A DNA stretch of 55,455 nt from Perkinsus chesapeaki ATCC PRA-425 (Eukaryota; Protista; Perkinsozoa). The notes beneath the pieces were generated by a model, which made no database searches, was not told the DNA's origin, and saw only the letters and a list, made by a program, of their open reading frames with translations. The stretch is from the NCBI GenBank assembly GCA_013115145.1, contig JAAPAO010000193.1:1-55455 (forward strand). Direction: 5' to 3'. Position numbers and translations under genes: made by a program. Positions 45,490-55,455 of this stretch are shown piece after piece; position 1 is the stretch's first letter, and each line of letters starts with the position of its first letter.

Positions 45490-48400
45490 TCATCGTATCT
45501 GAGCATTCACCTGAACGGCTTGATGATTACTCTTGATGGCGGAGATTAGGATGCCATCATCTCCTCCGCTCGTGGTTAACGCTGTATAGCGTTCAACATC
45601 TGGTACACTTGAATGAGTTATTCTTCTAATGCCAGTAGACATATCCCAAATATGGATATCACCATTATTAGTAAGAACCAATAAACCGTATTTGTCAGAA
45701 TTAGCAATACCAGTTATTTTATTTGGTTCATGATTATAATTACCAATCTTAGCCTGACGATGCCAAACACCATCATTATCAAGAGATAACAAGTATAAAT
45801 TATTATCAGGTGTGGAAACAGCTAAACTTCCCTCTGATAAGAATGCCATCTTCTCAACTTTAACCGGCATCTTAATCTCCCGACCGTTTTCGTATTCAAT
45901 CAGCCTGTCCTCGCCACATGCGACAGCAACGGTGTTATTCAAATACTCGACGTCTGAGATGTCATGACCGAGCTCGAGCCGATCACTAACACGTGGCCAC
46001 AAACCAACTGCATCCGCTATAATGAGCGAGTCGGATAATGAATTACGTGAAGTCATACCCACAGGTACGAAAAAAGGCCCTGGAGCGCCGACGACAGGTA
46101 CTGCACCTTCAACTGAGGCTCGTAAATCTTTGCCAGTCGGAATGTTCAGGAGATCAAGCACGCACCAAATGATGCTGAAATATGAAACTACACAGCTTGT
46201 TTGATCGACCGATCCCCCACTTACCCAACTGTCCAGGCAACCACGACGACGGTGGAGGCTTGTTTATAGATGGACCATGGTCGAAGAGAATAATGCTGGA
46301 AGTCCATAGGAGCTCTGTGGTGACGATGACGCTTACTGTCCTTGCATGAAGACGTAGTAGACGTCGAAGTTGTCGAGGTCGATGAACTTGAGGATGAAGA
46401 TGATGATGACTCAGAGGAGCACTTAGTTGAGCCTTCGGACCTGTAAGCACAGCTACAGAGCATACAAAAGTCTACTGTATATTATCGAAGAAAGTCGATG
46501 CCAACAAATAGGGGATTAGTATGACTAAGCGGCAGCAAGGCCTCAGTCAGAGCGAACCAGACAAAAGATATCATTCTAACGACGTGCGAAGTTTCTTCTC
46601 TTCGGGTGTATTCACAGTCTATCAACATATGCACCGTTGTTCAGATCATCACTGACGTCTCCCTCCATGTTATACCTATCCTCTGGTTCTATGGATCCCA
46701 TCTCCAACTTCTCCACAGACTTCTTGAATTCCCTCACTTCATGTTCGAGACGATCGGTTTCGCCCGCGGAGCTTTCGGAGCTGAGGCCGCGAGTGGACGC
46801 AGACGACAGCGTGTCACTCTGCCAAAGGTAGCATCATCGTAAACTCTTCAGACAGGATAGTGTAGTGTCAAGAGAGGCATGCCCAAGGCAGACGTACTGA
46901 TACCAACTTACCATAGATCTCCGAAGTGCTGGTCTCCAACGTATATCCCCAGTGACACTATTAACGTAATAATCAGTGCGAGAACCCTCAGGACCTGAAA
47001 TGAGACATACTTCCCCGCCGGGGAAAGTTTCACCGGAAAATTCCCGTCGGAAATTATCTTCAAGCACGATCGGGAGCGTGCGTGCTTTGGAACGGGAAGT
47101 GAGAAGAGAATCATTTCATAGTTAAAATTTTCCTATCACGTGAGAAGTGAGAAATGACAAATGTACATCGCGGGCATGTTTTGGTGGGGCTGTAGTCGGA
47201 AAACAAATCCGATAGAGGAAGTTGTGGGATTCCAGAGTGTATATGTCACACCGTTTCTGACTCCAGTCTCACGAAAACGTACCCGTGAAGTACAAGTAAT
47301 AAATTCAGCGATCGAGGCCATTGGTCTACCGTTGGTCTTAGGCCGACCGTAGTGCAAGATTACAAAACTCGGGAGAGACGATGCGGAACGATCCTGACTC
47401 AAAACTATCGCCGCTTAAATCCTTACCGTTCGCTGAACAATCTCCAGCAAGCTTCACCCAATCCTGCTCCGACGATGTTTCCATCGATGAAGTGTCATCA
47501 CATACGTCATCATCATTCGAACTTTGCTCCGTTCGCTTAGCCAAGTCAAATTCATTCCTGGGATACATTAGTACAAGATTGCTCAACCAGCTTCGCTGAT
47601 TCAAGCTACTAAAACCGCCGAATCAAATTCGGTGTATCCTATTCAATGAGCTGCCCATCAATAGGTTCAAGGATATAGGTTAAGACATACTGTATTGTAT
47701 ATCCTTCGACCTACCTTCAGATTCCTATGTAAATGGCTAGGCAAATCCTGGACAAAAAGGGCAATTGAACAAAAAGGACAATATCAACTTCGGGAACGGA
47801 CTCTCTATTGAATAAACTAACCTAGTTATGGCCGTCAAACGAATAAAGAAAAATTTAGTCCTGACTCAGAACAGAAGTAGAATTCCTACTGCGGCGATGA
47901 CGAATACCACATTCGAAGTGCGAATCATTGCTTTTCAGCGTGATACGTGAAGCCCTAGCTATTACCTGATTTTCTGAAAATCGCTTTTCAAAGCCGCCAG
48001 TCTCCCATTCGGCATTCTTGGCAGCTTACTATCGTCCGCAAAAACCTTCGCCAATTTACTCTCTTCTTCTTCACATTTCCCCAGTAATTCCCCATCTGGA
48101 GTAGAGCCCTTCGTGAGGTCGCTGCTGCCCCATAGGAAATCGCCCGGATTCTCCGCCTACCAAAAATGTATACTGTATTAAACTGATACAAATGTAAACT
48201 AATATAACTAACATTTCACAACTCCAAGGTAGAAGAGGTCTTGAACTGCAGCAATTTTTATTGGTATTAATGAAACCATTTGGGGTTGGATACCCTAACT
48301 TCTAAAACGACAGTTGACAGTTCGAAGGTACAGGAGTAACGAAACCATTCGTGCTCAAAAGTTTTCCTCTGAGAAGCGACACCAGTTCCCCAAATTACTA

Positions 48401-51400
48401 CATCAATTCCAAGATCCCGTAATTCATCCTGGACAAAATGCTGCATTGAATTGTCACTCATAACATCTGAAAGAGGAGCGCGAGAATCCAACAGGAGAAA
48501 TCGGCAACAAGAAATGTTTAATTTTATTAATTCTGTGGTGCTCATTACCTGAAGAGATATCGACTGTATTGAACTTTTCTGGAAGGCCGCCCCGAGACTC
48601 CATGGCTTGGGCAAATACGAAACATATCCAAAGGTCATTTATAATAAATGATATTAGAGCCCATACACGACCTGAGATAAGACAGTCAAGGGGAACAAAC
48701 TACAAAAACGAAATGTCATTTCCGAAATATGTCATAGCGAAGGAGACCAGAAGAGACCGGTGGACAGGAAATCCTGGAAGGAGATTTCACGGAGCGTTGA
48801 CCGGAGATACTCGACCCTCATGATTTTAGATTTAGCCTTGTTTTGAGTAGGTAAAAGAAGATTCTGATTCCTGTGATTCTAGTTGCAAGCCATCCGAGCG
48901 AGATATTCTATCAGCCCATAGCCTTCGGAGTTAAATTACTATTTAAAGCTCTGCTCCTCTGATGGTGAAGTTCATCAGGGAGCCAGGACTTCATTGACGC
49001 CAGCGCAAAGCTAACACTAAAATCCAATGGCCCTCAGAAACTACGACTTTTGTCGATCTCCTTAGCTCTACATAACTACAATGAATGGTCCAAAGTGTTA
49101 TGAACAATACTGTAGGCTAATTTCTGGTAACTCTTAGAATCGCATAAAATAGATATTATATGGCATCTCTTCCCCTCCTCAAGATTTTTTATTCTATTAA
49201 CATGATTGTGGCTACGACGGTAAGCTATGACAGGCTACCGTGGGCCGGCAACAATCGATCATTCACCGCCGCGATGCCATCGCATCAACTACTAATACAG
49301 AATATACCTTCTCAAGATTCAAGTCTTGAATTTGGAGAATCTCAAACCCTCCGCACCCAAGCTACTACCTGCAACAAGCCAGCCGGCGTAGTCCAGTGTC
49401 GCCGCCACAGCTGCTGTCAATGGTGCAGCATAGATAAGCGCTACCATAACAATCAACTCCAACTTCGACAAAGTCAAGTTAATTCTAAAATGTAGCATCG
49501 CACCAGTTGCCACAACAACGATAAATACCCAAGCAGCCCAAGGTTGGCGGTCGCCGATCAGTGTGGACCTAATTGAAACTATCTCGGTCTGGGAAGCGCC
49601 TCTGAGCACAAGAAATCTAGAAATCCTCGAGCCGTCATTTCATCTCAGTACTTTCACATCCATCTGGATGAGACAGCTACTCGTCAAATGGTCGTACGCG
49701 ATTTCCTGGGCTCGTAGATATGCGGACACCTCCGTACGTGACCCTGAGTCTCACCGTTAGCAGTCGCTAAGGTCGCACGAGACCTTAGAGCGTCAAGTAT
49801 ATAACGGATGGGGTCCGCGGAATATTCACGAACTCTAGTCAATGAAGTTTAACAGTAACGGAGGGCTTTGAAAGTAGTATTGCTAACCTTCCCATTGTGA
49901 TACAGCACCGATCCGATCACTCTTACCCCATAGCAAAGACGCATAATGTCAATAATAATTGATTCGTTCCAACAGCCATGCATACCCGCGCATAAGCATC
50001 GTAACCTTGCCAGGATTTCTGCACATGCTCGAAGAGCTTAAAGTGAATGTGGTACCTAGGAAGCATTCAAGTTAGGCGGGCCGAGTGAAATGAAACTCCA
50101 GCTTCGTCGAACTATCGGCCAACAAAGGGAGATCTATCCGAGGTCCTCCGATAGAACGCCGTTTATACGAACCGAGGATCATCAATGACTTAACTTAATT
50201 TCGAGTCAAAACACTTTTTGACAAGCTTATCGTACAAAGAGGCAATACAAAGAGATGAAAAATCAGATTTAATGGCTCATCGAGGAATATCAGAATTCCA
50301 GAGCAGTCTTCTCACTGCTGTCGAATCCTAGGCTATACTACCTCAAGCTGTAAAGTATTAGATTTCAAATATCTCGGAATATCTTAGGTCGACCTTCGCA
50401 AGATGCTACATAGGTTGAACTTACATTCGATCTCCTTCCCCACTAACTCTCCCATCTTTATCAACCTTCGAGAATGCATCCATATCGGCCTTCTTACGAC
50501 GAGGATCGAATCGCTGCAGGCCGGGAATCCTCAGAATGGATGATACTGGACAACACTCGTAATCCTGACAAAGTCAAATAGACCGCTTGCATGAACTTCG
50601 TGTAATAGTTTCACAATTTTACACCGGCTGTATTTCAGAAAGCTGATCAGCTCTGTAACACAGTTAATGTAGTTTAAACGCTATATAGAATTCAGAGGGC
50701 AATTTTCTGGTGATTTTTTATTGCAATCGAAGCTCATTCTCAATATTTGGTATATTATTACTTCAACAGTAGCAGACGCAGCCGCTATATCCTCAGTTCG
50801 TGGCAAAGGCAACCTGACAATGAGCAATTACCGCACGCCCCGAAATGACATTTCCAATGCCATTTATTATTTCCCACACTTCAGTGCTGAGAAAATTCCC
50901 CGGAAATGGCTGCCTGATCTGACGGTAAGTTGTCGGAAATCTCACACACACGAGCTCCAAGAGAATACTAACTATAAAATAACAAGGTGCAACCCTGTTC
51001 TTGACCCGGCTATTCACGCACTCAACTCGAATGGAGAGAAGAACACCGTATCATTCAGCTATGGCCAATACGGCCTTATGGGCTGATTCTTAGAGCTCTC
51101 GAAATTCCGACAATTTAATTCTCGCTGTCCGAACTGGGAAAAGTGGTACATTCTCTCTCACAGATTTTACAATAACGAAACGGAGGGAGTTAAAACTGAG
51201 GCGCCGAAACCTTTGAAGTTCAAAAACAGTTGAAACTCGTCTCTGTTTTTCGCATTGCATGGAAAATTCCTTCTGGTTATTCTGAAAAGTTTTCCGATAT
51301 CAATTTTGCAGCTCCTCCGCAGCCGCGAAAGCTCACTGCGAGGCACTAGCTGCTGATACCAAATGTAACTATTGAGAATCCACCTCTGTGACGTTGGAAG

Positions 51401-53309
51401 TTTTCTTACCGAAACTTCCTCTTAGAACGGAGTCAAAATTTTCCTAGGGTCGAGAAGTTTTCCTACCAACCAGCACTCCCCAGTACCTCAGCCATTGAGT
51501 AAGCAGTTTAACTACCATAGCTTGGGCTGTGATCGATGCATGCAGTGATAACCAAACCGATATTAACAGGAAAATTGTAGCACCAGAAAGATCGAGACAC
51601 CTAGCAAGGGAACAAGATCCTTCGTTGTAGTTGTTGTCGACCGACTAGTACCAGTGCTGGGCCAGCCGGTCGGTCAGGCAGCAGTGCGCTACTGCTAGTT
51701 GGTTACCAAAAAGGTTAAATCAGCCCTGCACTGGGCGAAGTCAAATTTCACTAATCGCGCATGAGTTTTTTTTCCCGTTTTCCTTCAGGTTTTCCGACTG
51801 GCGACACGTTAGTACTACTGTACTTGATAAGCAGTTGTTCCTAGTCCTGGAGGGTTCGGATTTCCCATTCTAACCTAGCCTAAACGGGGAACCTGAGTCG
51901 TCCTACAGTGCGAACCAGGTCTACAGCACCAACTTTGAGTCGAATGTGAGTTTAGTATGAACTGGCGAAACAACCATTGCTGATCACGAATATGCCGAAT
52001 CGCCGAGGCCCATTCGGTATCCTACTTTTTATAATTCTTTCATGGCAATGGAAGATTGCAACAATACATGAAAACTGTACGAACGGGCTACCTAAAGTCT
52101 CCATTGGGTGTTGAAATGCTTGCTTTGATGTGAGAGTTGGAAATTTCTATCTCAATGAGATTGGCTATGATCAGCCAGTGGCTCCTGTGGGTTACTATAC
52201 CCGCGAAACTTCCTTTCCTCGGTAAGATATGGCCGATAGACCGAAGGCATACAGCCCGACACAGTGAAATAGAAAGTAGTAAAAACGAAACAAAGAATCG
52301 TCGGTAGTAAATCGACACAGTGAAATCAGCTACAGGCCCGGCCACAGTAAGATAGAATAAACCAACTAACGTTCCCAATTTCCTAGACAAAAGCAATCTA
52401 TAATTTTTCCGGAATCTACAACCCGACCTCGTCCTTTTAGTACCACATCCACCAAATCCATGGGGGATTGTTGTCCGGCAGCACACCATCGTAAAATAGA
52501 GCAATACAGAAGCCAAGCATTAAGGTGTTAACAACCAGATAGTTATCCATCTTAGAGATAGTCAAACCAAATAGGTCTCGAAGATCCTCCCGATACAGGC
52601 CGACCTGAAAAAGTCAACTTAAACCGTTTGCTGCCGCTCCGGAGACTCATAAGAGTTGCAGTAGTGAGTGACAGTTCACGGACGATGAAAATGATGCTCA
52701 TGAAAAATTGGCGTGCAAAGCGAACCGACCCTGTGAGACAGTCTCAACAAACATTCGTCTATTGTGATAGTAAAGTTCGCCAAACACTTCAAATATTAAT
52801 GATATCTGTCAGACAGTATTAATTTAATAACTTGATAACCATTAGATTTATATATTATTTTGATCTCATTAGATTTATATATTATTTTGATCTCATTACC
52901 TTTATATATTATTTTGATCTCATTAGATTTATATATTATTTTGATCTCATTAGATTTATATATTATTTTGATCTCATTAGATTTATATATTATTTTGATC
53001 TNNNNNNNNNNNNNNNNNNNNNNNNNNNNNNNNNNNNNNNNNNNNNNNNNNNNNNNNNNNNNNNNNNNNNNNNNNNNNNNNNNNNNNNNNNNNNNNNNNN
53101 TCATTAGATTTATGTATAATTTCGGTCTCATTAGTATAATTGTACCCCTCCAGCGCCCCTCCTCCTACCTGCTGTAACCTGATGTTCTGTATTTGATGTA
53201 CTTTCTGTTGCCGTAATGTATTATCAAATACAAACACATCTTTATTATAAGAAAATAAAGATCCGGCGCCGTTCGCCAGAGCAGCACCAGCTGCCGCTAA
53301 CTCAGCCAT
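45490..53309 (-). CDS. Multi-pass membrane protein, paralog 2, same architecture, longer introns and a WW-like / Ser-Thr-rich insert
   Basis: Start MAELAAAG...LFSYNK at 53309; VGLYREDLRDLFGLTISKMDNYLVVNTLMLGF (~52450-52610); LHASITAQAMVVKLLTQWLR (~51490-51600); KSWQGYDAYARV (~50000); GDRQPWAAW (~49550). RPWSIYKQ...AWTVG splices in frame to IIWCVLDLL and ORF 45490-46161. Confidence 0.7.
52840..53134. repeat. 27-bp AT-rich minisatellite (CATTAGATTTATATATTATTTTGATCT)n spanning an assembly gap, in intron 1 of paralog 2
   Basis: Six units at 52840-53001, N run 53002-53100, then a degenerate unit. Confidence 0.9.
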
Positions 53310-54174
53310 AGTTATATGAAGTACTGAAATAAATGAAATAATTTACTATACAAACAATGAAAGAAAAATTTGTTTCTTACGTGGGAAAAACTTTCATACA
53401 GCATTAACCTTCTCTACAATAGAAATTATAATGTAAAAAATTGCTTCAATTAAAAGGAAATAATAAAGGCACTATTCTTTTTCAGCCAGTCTGTCGATCC
53501 CGCCCTCAATAGCAAGCGGTCAGAAACGCGAACTAGCAATGCCTAAATTAAGTCTTCCCTGTAGAACAATGAAAAGTTCCAGGGCGTATTCAGAAAGTTT
53601 TAATGCATGTCAAACCTCCATTGCAAAAATCAGGATCAGCTGAATGATACGAATAAAATCAACGCGCCACCGTTCGTCAGCGTGGCGACTATTATTTGTA
53701 AATTTTCTATTAATATTTTGTCACTTTCACATCTTTACTTTTCAATGGATTACAGATAGCCCACTGGAGCGGTAATTTCCGACGTTGCAATTTCGTGGGA
53801 AGAAAATCGATGCCTTTTGCATGGGCGCATAAAGCGCGTAGATTTTGTTATAAGTCCCAAAGCCCATTGTGTGATCGATCTACAAATTCGCGAATGTATC
53901 CTAGTTCTTCTAGCGGAAGATACGTATTAGGAGACAGAGCACACAAACGTATCTTGAGCTGGCGTGAAACTGAGGAGTAACACTTCATCTTGAAAACAAA
54001 AATTCCTGAAATTCCGAAATCCTGCGAAACTTTTGAGCTTGTCAGCTCAAGAAAAAATAGCTTATAATATAATCGATATAGCTATATTAATTAGCTGAAC
54101 TGCAACGCAGACAATGACCGAGTTGCAGATGGACAAATTGATATGCATAAATTAAGTCATTGAAATATGATACT

Positions 54175-54587
54175 TCAATGGGGCAAATGAATGACATGCG
54201 GAGGAGCATCAGCGTCCAAGGTCGATACCTAAAACCGAGAAAGTTAAGAAATCACATACCGACAATCTGACCAGAAGGTTCTTAGTGGCGGTGTCGACCA
54301 GCACCATCCTGTGTCTGTTGACTCTACTGAATTCAGCGCATTCGAACTCACAGCTTTGAAGGTGTGTGCTGCTGCTGGATGACGGACCGAAAATCCATCT
54401 GAGCAACAGAAGAAGTTCGGCGAACTCGGCCCGAGAACGAGCTAACATCGATGGGGACAGACTCACACAATCTACCGCTCCACACAGCACACAAAATTTG
54501 TCTCTCGAACTTTGCTGTCAAACTCGAACATTGTTTGTACCTCCCGCTGTTAAGCACTGCAATTTTCTCACCGAATCGCTCTAGCAA
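54175..54587 (-). CDS. Hypothetical multi-exon protein; 5' end unresolved, may extend to ~55170
   Basis: ...QQQHTPSKL / RVNRHRMVLVDTATKNLLVRLS / VSTLDADAPPHVIHLPH-stop, joined across short GT-AG introns. Confidence 0.35.
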
Positions 54588-55336
54588 AATGCATTCTTTA
54601 ATTCAGGCGCAGAACTTTTTGCACCAAGAAGCGACGCAAAATCTGTGGGAAAAATCCCCAATTTTTCCTCCTTTAGCAACTGAAAATTTTCCCCAATTTT
54701 TCCTCTTTTAGCAGCACGCATATATTTCAACCCTCACGTACTCCTCGCCACTCAACGTCCATTTCCTTTCCTGTGAAGGTTCATTATACTGCCTTACAAC
54801 ACCAGCATTGCCTAAATGAGAATACTCATCATCATTGATGGTAACAATCCGACGGAGCACCATCGCACGAGTGCTTCTGTCCCCGACTAGAATGCCTCAA
54901 CGCCGCCCACTACTGTCGAGCAACTGATATGTCTACTCGGAATTTCACTACGGCCTGATATACTGGCTATAACTAGCAGCCTGGTCAAAGGGGACAGGCT
55001 GCACAAAACGGAGAAAAAGCAGACAACTCCAATACGGCTTACATAACATATAGAAGGCTCCTCCTTCGCGGTCTGTTCTTCCTCTAGCAGTCTTCATAGC
55101 TTCATTGTCGCCTTGCCTTTCACGAGGTGGATGAAGGCCAGGACCGGTGGCTCTGGAGAACGGGCGAAATTATTATACAGATAAAGAAGGAAGTAAAAAT
55201 ATATGATAGTTTTATACTAAGGGACGGAGCTGGGCGAATCGTCAGTAAATCCTGTTGGATAGTCGCAAGTTCGATCCCCACGCGTGTCCTGTCCAAAATA
55301 ATTTAGGAATTGACTATTATGGGATGATCTAATATA

Positions 55337-55455
55337 CACCATTTCAAGATCTGATTAGTAAAAGCCAAGACCAAATTAGTTAAAGCCCAGAACAAATTAA
55401 TATAGCCCAGAACAAATTGGTAAAAGCCCAGAACAAATTAATATAGCCCAGAACA
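55337..55455 (+). mobile_element. Left arm of another CAC-terminal TIR element, running off the window end
   Basis: TA|CACCATTTCAAGATCTGATTAGTAAAAGCCAAGACCAAATT followed by repeated AGCCCAGAACAAATT units. Confidence 0.8.

Noticed and set aside
52796-53177. Repetitive ORFs (IRFIYYFDL)n, (EIKIIYKSN)n
   Set aside because: Translations of the 27-bp intronic minisatellite.
55222-55292. tRNA-like segment with a B-box (GTTCGATCC at 55269-55277)
   Set aside because: No canonical cloverleaf or 7-nt anticodon loop could be folded.

Overview
Intron-rich eukaryotic genomic DNA with short GT-AG introns and two N gaps, each inside an intronic minisatellite. The gene style suggests a Perkinsus-like alveolate; this is inference, not confirmed. 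Genes in order: a MAEA/Fyv10-like CTLH E3 subunit; an FHA-repeat plus PP2C phosphatase; two tandem Aa_trans amino-acid transporters; an AFG1/LACE1 ATPase fused to two canonical EF-hands; a mitochondrial calcium uniporter (WDVMEP); a small secreted protein and its nonsense-bearing copy; an SCP/NIF (DxDxT) phosphatase with a tRNA-Val(CAC) antisense inside one intron; an LRR protein; and two tandem paralogs of a large membrane protein. The N-terminal 4-TM core of those paralogs aligns by eye with Orai/CRAC channels, and they end in a beta-propeller-like domain. Non-coding structure includes a CAC...GTG terminal-inverted-repeat family with ~20-bp subterminal repeats (4 arms, 1 paired element), a ~370-bp dispersed repeat, three tracts dense in short palindromes, and two apparent gene-conversion patches. 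Exon structures were read by hand, so gene ends are approximate unless a stop codon is cited.
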